The translations under genes were made by a program, and so were the position numbers. DNA of 64,000 nucleotides from Lama guanicoe (lineage: Eukaryota), in contig MU053216.1 of assembly GCA_013239625.1 (NCBI GenBank), forward strand, positions 2,818,943-2,882,942, written 5' to 3'. This document shows, piece after piece, positions 25,046-36,845 of this stretch (position 1 is its first letter; the number at the start of each line of letters is the position of its first letter). The notes beneath the pieces are model-generated. The model was not told the DNA's origin. It did no database searches and was given only the letters and a program-made list of their open reading frames with translations.

Positions 25046-26095
25046 GAAGGTGAGGTCATTGCATCACCACCTCCCCAGCGCAGGTGAAAATTTCAAATAC
25101 CGAGAGGTTATAAGCAGCAAACTGGTATTACAGTTTACCAACGTGGGAAATGGCTCCGTCTCTTCAAGGGCCAGTCGGCCCGTATTTCAGTTCACCTGGC
25201 GGGAGGGCAGCCAGAAACCTCCATCAAGATGGTGCTCAAAACACTGCACATACCCTGGGCCGCAAGTCCGGGCCGGAGCTCCCCACGCTTGTGCTCCAAG
25301 CCAAGACTGATGACCTTGCTGAACACAGAGCTCAGTCTCTGACCAGAGCATGTCTAGAAACTGTCTGCTTCACAAAGGACCAACAAGCAGATCAGGGGTG
25401 CCCCGGGATTCCAGGGGCATCCGGGGCTACGCCGGGCAGAAACACCTCCTACGGTAGCCTGATATTTTGCTATGAACTTGGCCACAGTACCTTTAATTCT
25501 ACCATTAGGATGCACAACCCTAATTTATTAATTTTTGAAAAATAATGCAACTATTCCTGGAGGAAATCCAAGTAACTAAACTGGATTATTAATCCTCAGT
25601 GTGGTTAAAAAAAATGAACTGTCTGTCTCTGATAATTTTCTGATACTGAGAATCTGAAACTGAACCAAGAAAGCTTCTACTCCGGGGTAAGAGCCAGGGA
25701 GGGCGGGGCCGACCCAGACCCGCAGCAGGGAGTTCTGACCTGTCGGGCCGACAGGAAACCTAGGTGAGCGGGACCAGGAGAATGATGTGGTTGGCAGAGA
25801 CAGATCAGGGAACACCGCAAACACCCCTAACCCGGATTTTGCCCAGGCGGACTTCCCTCGCCCCCTGCTCCCTGACAGCCCCAGGGCGTCACTTCAGTCA
25901 GCCAACGTTTCATTCACACCTGGATGTTCTGCGTTTTACACATTTTGTAAGATCACACACAAAGAACCTAAACACTTAACTTAAAGAAAAACTGTTCTGA
26001 TGGCTTTAAAATTTAAAAAAAGAAGAAGAAATAACGAAAAAACAGAGAGAGTGCCAAGTTTCCCTAACCCCATCTGAGTTAGGATGTCCGCCAAC

Positions 26096-26293
26096 CTGTG
26101 ACAGCAGAAGTACCATTATGAGCCGTGTGGTTCCAGGAGACTTCCGCGGTGGGACTGCCTGCGTTTAGAGGAGGCACGGTCTCTGAGGCAGCCTTGCCTG
26201 GTTCAGAGATGCTTGCGGGTGAGAATGCGGTGGTGCGAGCAGGAAAGGGGTCACTTGGAGGCAGACTTGTGGACGCCTCTGTTGTGTTCAGTC
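26096..26293 (-). CDS. PTPRC: PTPRC variable exon 4 (A) (198 nt): GLNTTEASTSLPPSDPFPARTTAFSPASISEPGKAASETVPPLNAGSPTAEVSWNHTAHNGTSAVT
   Basis: Within ORF 26079..26306. Acceptor ctgtggcag|GA, weak donor ACAG|gttggc. SDP..P..TTAFSPAS conserved. Confidence 0.95.
26206..26265 (-). promoter_or_regulatory. Exonic splicing silencer (ESS1/ARS-like) in exon 4
   Basis: Sense sequence CGCACCACCGCATTCTCACCCGCAAGCA with GCA repeats. Exon position 77 (window 26217) is C, matching the human C77 site. Confidence 0.7.
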
Positions 26294-26589
26294 CTGCCAC
26301 AGTCATGAGAGATGCAGGGAGGAGAAAATCAACAGGTGAGGTGAATCATATCCTGAAACGTCAGCCCATCTGAGGCTACTGACTCCCGTCCATGATGGTG
26401 TGTACTTAAATGTGCATACATGTACGTGTGTGCACATGCACACACCACACAGCTGTGAGTCATGGTGTATATGTGTATAGGCGTGTGCATTTGAAAGTGC
26501 ACACACGTATGTGCACCTGCATGGATACAGCTGTAGATGCCTTCAGAGGTGTAGATATAATAGATTTAGACCGAAAACAAACTCAGCAA

Positions 26590-26695
26590 TAGAGTGTGTG
26601 CCTCTCAAGCAGGAGATCCCGGGTTCAGTCCCCCGTCCCTCCATTAAGATAAATAAATAAATACAACTTAATTACCTCCCCTGCACCCCCCAAAA
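26590..26695 (+). mobile_element. 5'-truncated Vic-1-like SINE
   Basis: gggttcagtcccc, taaataaa and taattacctcccc segments shared with the other copies. Confidence 0.75.
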
Positions 26696-26768
26696 GTATA
26701 TAGCGCTATATGTCAGCTATAGCTCAATTTTTAAAAACTGGAAGAAAAATACTTTGAAAAAATGTCTA

Positions 26769-26855
26769 GGGGAAGGGTATAGCTCAGTGGCAGAGCACAT
26801 GCTCAGCATGCATGAGGTCCTGAGTTCAAGCCCCAGTATCTCTATTTAAAAAAAA
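26769..26855 (+). mobile_element. Vic-1-like SINE (short form)
   Basis: gggtatagctcagtggcagagc...gagttcaagcccc with A tail, flanked by aaa(t/a)gtcta. Confidence 0.88.
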
Positions 26856-29800
26856 GTCTAAAATAAATAAATAAAAATAGTAAAAGCCACAGAACAGTGG
26901 CTAAAGGTGAAAATGGGGAAAGGGAGCTAAAAGCAACTAGTCCCTGCCCTCTTCCCACTTAATTGCTAGATTCTCAATGTGCAAAGCAACTGGGTTCAGA
27001 AGGATAAAATCCAAGGCATAAAGACGATTCCAAGAAATTGTAAGAAAGAAAGGAAGGAAGGAAGGAAGAAAGAAAGAAAGAAAAATTGTAAAAGATGTAT
27101 CAATGAAGAAACGAATAAAGATAGAACTGGGATGTGATTATGCAGAGGGCTAGGGCTCCAGGAGAAAAAAATGAAAGACCAAACTTCTAAAAGGCACACA
27201 CTGATTTTTTTTTAATTGATCAAATTCAAACAAAACGAAGGCCAGGTAAAAGACTGGAAGCCAAATTTCGTAAACAAATAGACGAATGACCCAAGTCTAT
27301 AAAATTGGGTTTTTCTTCATGATATCGAAAGAAACACAATCTGAGATACTGATATACCATCTCCCACAGCCCCAGTGCACCTCAGAAAAAGACAGCTGAG
27401 AGGGGGCGGGGTGTGGTGGTGCTCGCACAGCTGGCCTGAGAGCAGAGCGGGCCAACGGGGCCGCGTGCTGAAGCCTCTGCGTTGCGCTCTCTTGCCCGGA
27501 AACAGTGCTCCTTTATCTCAGAGAGTGGGGAGTTCGCCAGTTGTTTTAAAAAGGCAAAAAAGCACTGTGATCGCTGAAGATTGGGATTATAGAGGCGCTT
27601 CCCTGATGTTCTGTGTTTGACATGTATTTACTTCTACGAATAGCACATTTTATGTTTTTCAACATCTAATTAGCGAAAAATGGAGCTATATGCCACTAGT
27701 AGTTTTGTTCGTTCAGCTCAACAAGGCTGGATGAGACAGCACAGCACAAATAGGGGAAGGGGGAGAAGTGGGGGGAGGCTAGAAAAGGGGCAGAAGTGCT
27801 AGGACAGGACAGAACCGAGAACAGGAGCGGAGGGCCGCTGACTAGGAACAGGAAGGTGACACAGGGAGGACCCAGCTTCACTCGTGAATGTCACAGGTGA
27901 CGTGAAATCCATGTTTGCTAAATGCAGATAAACCCTCTCTGAGCCCCGTCCACTCCCCTCCACCCCCCCGCGCCAGCGCCCAGGAAAGGCCGCAGAGCGG
28001 TCTGCGATTACAGAGCCTCAAAGGCTCGCATGGTTGTTCTGTGTGTTATTTTCCAAAGAAAATGTCCAACCCCTAAAATTTCACATCCTAACTCACAAAT
28101 ACATACTTTTACTAATACATTTTCACCCTTAATTACATGCCATCACATCCAACTAAGTAACAGGCAAGGAATGTCTTCCTGTCTTTGGTGTAAAATCATA
28201 AATCTAACCTGAGTGTTCGTTCTCTCATCGATATATGTTGGCTAAAAGGTGGGAATGACTGCCCTCTCCAAAAAGAATAAAAATTTAAAAATTAAAAAAA
28301 ATAAAAGTTCTCATCGCAAGAAAAAATTTATTAAAAAAAATGTCCGGGAGGTGGATGGGGGCAGAGAAGGTGGAAGAGAGGGAAGGAGGGGCTTGAAGTT
28401 CTGTCCAATAACATTAATTCACGTTCATCATTAGAGACTCGACCCATTATTTGTTCGCTGTGTTTAGGCTGAACTCACTTGGGAGTGGCAGGGTTCCGAT
28501 GATCCCTTTTGCTTTGAGGAAAATGTTGCAACCTTCTCCCTGTATCACCCACTCCATCCTTTTGTTAGATTTGAATTACAGAGAAGGAGAGTCACCCCAA
28601 ATACCCCACAGGACAGCGCTCTACCATTCTGAAGAGTCGCACCCCTAAGGCACTCTGGTCTAGAGCATATTTAGTCCCTGGTGTGTGAAGAAACAGTGTT
28701 CTGAGAACCACCCTCCCACCCAGAAGTCCTGTCACCCTTGCACACATTCTAAAGTTCCGTGCACACTCCCTGGGTTCATAAATAAGAGTTTAATTTAGGG
28801 TTAGGAAACGCGCTCCAGTTGCCAATCCCATGCAGTCCCCGCGCGCACGCTTTGCAGATGTGCTGGTTCCCATTGGTCTTCGTCCTGCTGGCGGAGTTTG
28901 GCAGGGGCCGTCCTGGATTGGCACCTGGGAATCACGGTTCTAACTCACCTGGCTCCATCCCCGGGAGGCTTGCGGTAACAGAGTCCATGCAGAGATCATG
29001 GAAGCTCTCCGCAAGGTGGGGGTCACCTATCGTTTCAAACATTCGCTCCCCTTTCCACCCCGTTCCCACCCCACCTGCAGAAGCAACCGGTCTCTGCGGT
29101 TGAGATGAACTTATTCTCCTGTAAAGGTGGAATGCCCAGCTGCGTCCCAGTAGGTGGCATAAACCAATCACAATCCGCTAAGCGGCAGTGACTTTCATGT
29201 ACAGATGGAACCACTCTGAGGCACTATAAAACTACAAAGTCCCAATATTATGCCTTTTAAAATTAAGACCGCACGCTTCTTACGCATATTCAGGAACATT
29301 TTGTTACAGTTCTTTGTTTCTGAAGTTCGGCATGAATTTTTCTTTAATTACTGAAATAGTTCCTTTAATAATCCAGTTCTCAGAACACTGTGAATGTGCC
29401 TCACGAGAACTCTGTCTTAGAATGGTTACATCGGGTTATCTTAATGGCTTTACCTACCATTGCATAATGTCAACGATATAACTGATCAGGAAATCAAATA
29501 ATATAATTTCATAACAATAGCACTTTAGCGATGTAATTAACTTTTAACCAGATGCAATCTAATTTCTCTCTCTCCTTTTGCACGTGATATATATGAATTT
29601 ATTGTCAGCATCTGCATTGCTTAAATTTATCTCAGGATTAGGACAACTTGTTAAAACTGAATTCAGTTGTGACAATAGAATTTGGAAATGATTATGACAA
29701 ACTATCTTAAATAATGTCAAAGCTTTTCTCTTGCAGGAATTTATATATATGTAATTATGTTTAGAATTCTCTCTAATTTCTCATATAACTCCTTCACTAT

Positions 29801-30136
29801 GAAGTTTTATGATCAAACTAAAATAAATAAATTTATTTACAATGTTAAAATTAAAAAAGAGGTTGGAAATCTACCATGTGATTTGCTGTCCATATAAGAA
29901 AGGCTATACTTTATACACAAAATACATTTACAAGTAATAATATATATGTTCAGGTAGTTACCAAAACTTACAAGCAGGCATATTATGATCAAGAGAAGGT
30001 CAAGGACCATTCATGATTATAAAGCTTGTCCTTAAAAATGATTTCACTAGATGATAATGGAAAATTCTATCAACATTAAGTATATAAAATTGGCAACAAA
30101 AAATAAAGTAAGTAAAATCCAAATATTAATTCCTAC

Positions 30137-30163
30137 CGTTAGTTGCAGTATCCACAACTTGTC
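30137..30163 (-). CDS. PTPRC: PTPRC exon 3 (27 nt): GQVVDTATN, mature N-terminus
   Basis: Poly-T tract then tacag|GA, donor AACG|gtagga. 27 nt, phase 1-1, starts GQ, about 3.8 kb upstream of exon 4. Confidence 0.88.
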
Positions 30164-31001
30164 CTGTAAAAAAAAAAAAAAGGCATCTCTTAGATTCAAA
30201 CTTCATACACACATGTGTAAATGTAAGTTAGATTTAGGTATATACATGCATATACATGCGTGTGTGTGTGTGTATGTATATATATACACCTCTGTTAGTT
30301 CACATTTACAAAGTGGCAACTTTCAGTACCTTTTACCCCAATGAAACCATATTCCTCCTATTGCTATCACGTTTACAAAGCCCAGGTATGTCAAAACTAT
30401 GCTGTTAGGTTTTGAAATCTCAGGTAAAATTTAGAAACATAATAGAATAAAGGAGAGCTACTGGAATTAATTTCTTGTCCGCAAAAGACTTTGAAAAGAC
30501 TTCTCAAAAGGTTTTCCCAAGTGCATTCATTTATTGAGATAATGATTACTGATTGATTGGATAGGTCGGACCCTCTCGTGTTTAAGACACCTGCCTGCCT
30601 TGGGATTCCATGCTCTGAGGACACACTGATGGGAAAAAACTTTCTCCCCCAGAAGCGCCATCAGAGGTGCATGATCCTGTATTCTTCAATTACACCCCCC
30701 TGGTTTGTTCCACGAAATAAAATGTTTCTTTTTATTATACGCACATATACGAAATATACAATATACAAATGTGCATAATTATTACAAGATATAGTTTAAA
30801 ATACATAGACCATATTCTTATTCTCTCACTATAATTGTCTACTTTTCCTGAATCATTCATACTTAAGTATTGTTTTAAGTTTACATTATTTGCATCTGCA
30901 TCCTTGCCCTGTTTACTCAGCGTTTACCCTTCTACCTGATATAAAATAACTTTCTTTTCATTTTTATCTTCCCATTAATAATCTTCCTTCTCCTCTCATT
31001 T

Positions 31002-31152
31002 TTTAAAATTTTATGTAGTCTCTCTTTTTCAGTTGGTTTGGGGGGGTGGTAATTAGGTTGATCTGTTTACTTTTAGAGGAGGTGCTGGGGGCTGAACCCA
31101 GGACCTCGTGTGTGCTGAGCACACGCTCTACCACTTGAGCTGTTCTCTGCCC
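31002..31152 (-). mobile_element. Vic-1-like SINE
   Basis: Reverse complement of the same SINE. TSD ctcctctcattt at 30990-31001 and 31153-31164. Confidence 0.88.
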
Positions 31153-33457
31153 CTCCTCTCATTTATTCTTATTTCCTCTAAATTAGGTTCTTAGAGTTGT
31201 GATTTGCAAAAGAAGGAATAAGGGAAATAAGATATCGGTGTAGCAGTAGCTAACATCGCTCATGTTTTAAGCAAAAGGAAGAAGAGCCATCATGGTAACG
31301 GCTTGGAAGGAATTTCCCGTATCGCCGCGTTCAAAATGTTCAGGTTGGTCTGCATGTGTGAACACACTTCATGTAATACCTGTCTCCTCTGTATCTGGGA
31401 AACAGAGAAGCTTTTAAACGTCTAAACCTGTTTGACGTGCTCCTTCTCAACAGAGACACTTAAATCCTTGGAGCTTCAGATGAGTTAATTTGATTCAGTT
31501 AGGTCCAAGGCAGATTTATGGTTTTGCTGGCACGCTGTTAGTGGCTCATTTCAAGCATGATGAAGGTTTCCTTTGCCCTGAAAAGCTCATAATCCGTAAG
31601 ACATATAGATAAACAGAGAGAGGTGGAGACGGCCGTAGCCTCCAGCAGTCTGCAGAGACACTTAGGTTATCCATGCACCTGACTATGACTAAAAACTAAA
31701 ATTCCTTCCATCTGAGATCAGCAAGAATCATACAATAAGATGAGGAGGCGGGGAGGAGGAACCAAGTAGCCTTGGTTACATAACAAAGAGACTTGCACAT
31801 AATAGGTGGTCGATAAGTCACTGTTGGATGATACGGAGCATGAGCAAACGCAAGGGAGAAATCCAGCAGACCTGAAAACAACAGCCTGGGGAGAAACGCC
31901 AAGAGCAAGTGTTAGAAACTCTGATACAGAGGCTGGGTATTTTTTTTCCTGCATGACGGAATCAATTAATATGGAGGAGAAATCAAAACATAGATCTGAT
32001 GACAGAGAAAAGAGGAATCTTAGCAGTGCCTGTGCTAGCTCCATCGCTGATTCCACAGATCGGACAGTCTACTGCTCCCACCCGCTCATCTGTGGCCACT
32101 GAAATATGTAGTACAAAGGACACGGAGCATTTTATAAAAAGGAATTATAATTTGTCACCTATTTATTGGGGACATGAGAAACACGATGGGGGGCTGATAA
32201 GGAAGCTGTTTCTTTTCTCACTTAAGCGCTATGAATCCTAGAGTCAATACGACAGAAATGTTTCTGACCCATTTATCAGGCCACATACATGTTAAGAGCT
32301 CCAGAGATATTCATTTAATTCCAATCGGTTCGAAAGCAATGCATGTTTTTAAAGGAAAACGATGATGTGTAGCGTTTTAATCTATGTTTTGAAAAGGACA
32401 GCAAACTCAGTTACCAAAATGAAGATGAAAGTTTGTAGAGATTTATCTTTTTTAAGAATGTTTCAAGAAATAATACTTTATTTTAATAATATTTTATTAT
32501 TATTCTAGAATATATTATCCTAACAGTATTTTATTGTTACTAACCACTAATATTCATTGTTTCCTGGGTGCCAGGCACTACGCTAAGCCCTCTGCTTGCA
32601 TTTTCCTTCCTAAGCATCACAGTGGCTCCCAGAAGCTCAGAGACGGCAGGGGCCGTGGCTAAGTTTTCGGGGCTGGTCTGTGCGAGCCCGGACTTGGCCT
32701 GAGCCCATCTGACTCCACAGGACCGGCTCTCCACCTTCAACTCGTCCTGTAAGCTTTTCCTCACATCCGACCTTTCAGCAAGGACATTATTCTAGCCAGT
32801 GCTACAGGTTCCATAGAGACTGGTGTTTGTTAACAGCTCATAAGCTAAGTAAAAACAAAAAAGCAGAGCAAGTGATCAGTCGTGCTACACCTGCTAAAGT
32901 GAACTTTACACTGAACACAGACTTTCAGATTAAATGCAGTGTGCTGAGTGAATGCTCTGTGTATGTCACAGACAAACAGAGAAAATGCGGCGGTGTGTCC
33001 ATCTACTGCAGGATGTTATTTCACCAGGAAAGTCAACCAAACAACAGTAACGTCCAATAATGTATTGCAGCTCCCCACACACCTCTTGTTTAGCTGTGAA
33101 GTGGCTTCCGGAGCTTGGAACAGAGTAATACCTCGTCTGTGTAACTACATACCTATCTGTGCTGCCATCTACGTATTCCTGATCTGATAAAGCCCTCACA
33201 GCCAACGTTTCCCCCGAACCCTTTAATCCTCAATACAAGAAAATCCAGCATCCATGGAAAACAGCGTAGTATCTAAAAACCGATCACTCTCCCCTTTCTT
33301 CTGCCTTCGTGCTGGCTTCCCACAAAGGATCCTCGAGTTGAATATGCATTTTTTTCTACCAGTCTATCTCAGAATCTGATCCTAAATTCTTCCACCGAGT
33401 GATAGTAAAACACAATAGCGTACCTCACGCTTTATTTCACCTTCTTTGTAGAGGACT

Positions 33458-33567
33458 ACACACACAGACACACGCAGACACACACAGACACACACGCAGA
33501 CACACGCAGACACACACAGACACACAGACACAGACAGACACACAGACACAGACACACGCAGAGACAC
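33458..33567. repeat. Compound (CA)n/(CAGA) microsatellite
   Basis: cacacagacacacgcaga units seen directly. Confidence 0.95.
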
Positions 33568-36392
33568 CAGCCTCCTGTCATTTTGAAAGACAACCGAGCC
33601 CTCGGCATCACAGTTGAGACTTGGGATGCGATTAAAATGACTTGTTTCACGGTCACAGAACCCCTATAGGCAGATACACCGTCTCTGTAACACACAGGTA
33701 ATATCTAAAGGACATTTTTCCCCCTCCCCCCAAAAATGATCCAGCGACTTTTACAGAAACATCAGCGGGACACCAGCAAGCATTCCCGCAGAGCCTGGCT
33801 CCCCCACGAGGAAAGGCAGCGGGTAGGCGAAGTTATGTGCATCCTCAGAGGGGGCCGCAGTAGCAGCCGTCTGCACAAGGTGTCAACATCTCACCCCATT
33901 TTGTAACTCTTCCTCAGTTCTCTGAGCAGTGATTTCAAGTGCCTGTTGCATTTCGCGAACCGGACATCATCAGAACAGGAGCAAAACCACAGCAGGAGGG
34001 ACCAGCGCTGAACAAGGCCTGGTAAGAATGCTTGTAGGAGTCGTTTAGTTGTGTCACGATCTACCCATTTGGCTGCTGGGTTTGGCCCCGGAGTGATCTG
34101 CCTGGCCAACCAGGTCACCTCCGCTGTCTGGAATAGGTGACAGCCCCGTGCTATTTATACCCTAGTTCGTGCATCACTTGAAAGCAACCATTTACAGTTA
34201 GTGGAGTCACATGAACCCAAAGCAAATGAAACATCTGCCTAAAGCATTCAATAACCAGTGCATAATAAATGCCCGCTTAACATTAGGAGGCTGTGTCCAT
34301 ATAAATAACGTTACAACGTACGTAAACATTATCTGTGAATAATGCTGGGAGGGTGTGGAACGCAGGGAAAGAAAAATATGTGAAACAGTAAGAATTAAGA
34401 GGGCACGTACTTCGGATGTGACAATGAAAGAAAAGCAGCATCAAACACCGCGTTTCTCTAAGCCTGAGCTGCGCCGAGTGTGCCCTTAAGCTCTGCGCCC
34501 ACGTCTGGCCAGGCGAGCACAATAAAGCTGAGCGCCGTCGTGCACCTGCGGCTTCTGTGTGTTACCCTTTGACTTGTACTCTTCCGGGGGCAACATTTTC
34601 TACACCTTTTTTTTCCTTCGTAAGTGCCTGTTTTCATCATTTGGACAAAGGAATATTTAGAAATATCCCAGTAGGTGGCGCCATAGCACCAGAAATCTGT
34701 AGATCATTTGTGCTTTAAACCTGTGCCCATGGAACTGACGAGGTACAAGAAACAGAGGAAAATGTAGATAACAGACCACTTGATCTTCAAAGCTGTGTTA
34801 TTCTAACACATGTATTGCTACTGAATTTACCTTTCCCAATATGTTTCCTTTACAACTCAAAATGTTTAAGTGATGGCAAATCAAAGTTACCTTGAAGTCA
34901 CACCCCTAAGTCCCCCATCAGAGATTTCAGCAAAAAACTGAGGAATTAATGGAATGAAAATGACATTTCAAAAGACGTACTCGGGCTTTACATAGCAACC
35001 ATTACCACCACCCCTCTCCCCCCACCCCAACCATTCCCATCTCCCCTACCCACTACCCCAGCCCTTCCCATCTCCCCTCCCCCCACCATCCCTCCCCTAC
35101 CTCTGCAAAAAGAATGGAATGCCATTTCCAAAGGGATTTAAACCTGTCTAGTTCAGTAAATCTGAGAAAAATACAAAGACAGAAGGGTGACACAGAAGAG
35201 ACGACATGCTTATTTTCAGCGTCCAGCCTAAAATGAATGATGGCATGTTTTAAAAGTTGAGAATGCAAACCTGACCTCCATAGATACAAAGGCCACCCGA
35301 AAATGGAAAAAAGCAAATCAGGACAAAAATAAGAGTCCACAAAAACGGATATGTACTGTTTTCCTTGCTCACTAAGGTATATAATAACAGTAAAGCAGAA
35401 AAATAAAAATGAAAGGATTGCACTTTTACTTATTCTGTAAATCTAATATAGAGTTCACAGACAGCAAACCCAAGGAGTCACAACAAATTAATAAGCGTCT
35501 CTGGAGTAAGCTCTCCATGCAAGTGACAAGCGAGGCATTATCTGGATTTCAGAGACCACAGGACAGTCTTCCTTCCCTCCATCAGTAAATACAATAATCA
35601 CAGGAACAGTTCACCAAAACAGTGTGTATCAGACAGTATGCAGACCGCTTTGCATGTTTTTGCCCTTAAATATCCCAGAAAGCTGATGAGTTGGCAATTA
35701 TTTTTCCTATTTCACAGGAAATGAAACTGAGACAATCATTCGCAGACACACTTAGGAAGCAGCAGATGGACAGAAGACTGTCCACGGCTCGTTTTCTTAT
35801 TATTTATGCAGACTTTGTGCTAAAGCATTGGGTCTATTGTTATCAGCGCCCAAAATCCCACAAACAAACCAGAAAATAATTTTAGACATCTCAGTGGGTA
35901 TAGAAACCTAAGATTTTAGTATCATTGACATGTAGCTCCTTTGATAGATAAGGAAACTAAGGCCCAGTGAGTTTAAATGCCTTTCTGACTTCATGCAATT
36001 TAGTTACAGTCGTAATGTACATGTTCCACCAATTACACAGAATTTCAACAGACTTTTTGGCGGCCTCACTCTTAAATGCAGTGGTCATCCAAGAAACACA
36101 GACAGAAGCCTTTAAGGACAGAGACCAAGAGAAACAGAAGGGAGACCTGAGAGAAACAAGACAGTACAAGACCCTGAAACCAACTGCAATTCATCTTCTC
36201 AGAAATGAGACAACATTGCATCTGTGGGCAAAACAAGGGGAGATAAAAACAATATTCCAAAATCAAGCAAGGAAGTCAATAGATGCTGGCTACAATTTTT
36301 GAAAAAAAAAGAAAAAAGAAACAGCAGGACAGCAGAAAATACCATTTAAAGGTGCTGAAATCGCCTAGTGTTTGCTTTGGCTTCTGGGAAAA

Positions 36393-36845
36393 TGGAGGAT
36401 GGGGAGGAGGATGGGGAAGACAATGGGGGGAGGATGGGGAGGAGGATGGGGAGGANNNNNNNNNNNNNNNNNNNNNNNNNNNNNNNNNNNNNNNNNNNNN
36501 NNNNNNNNNNNNNNNNNNNNNNNNNNNNNNNNNNNNNNNNNNNNNNNNNNNNNNNNNNNNNNNNNNNNNNNNNNNNNNNNNNNNNNNNNNNNNNNNNNNN
36601 NNNNNNNNNNNNNNNNNNNNNNNNNNNNNNNNNNNNNNNNNNNNNNNNNNNNNNNNNNNNNNNNNNNNNNNNNNNNNNNNNNNNNNNNNNNNNNNNNNNN
36701 NNNNNNNNNNNNNNNNNNNNNNNNNNNNNNNNNNNNGGGAGGAGGATTGGGAGGAGGTTGGGGAGGAGGATGGGAGGAGGATGGGAGGAGGATGGGGAGG
36801 AGGATGGGAGGAGGATGGGGGAGAACGGGGGGAGGAGGATGGGGG
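36393..36845. repeat. (GGAGGATGGG)n-type G-rich tandem repeat spanning an assembly gap (N 36456-36736)
   Basis: The same unit occurs on both sides of the N run. Confidence 0.92.
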
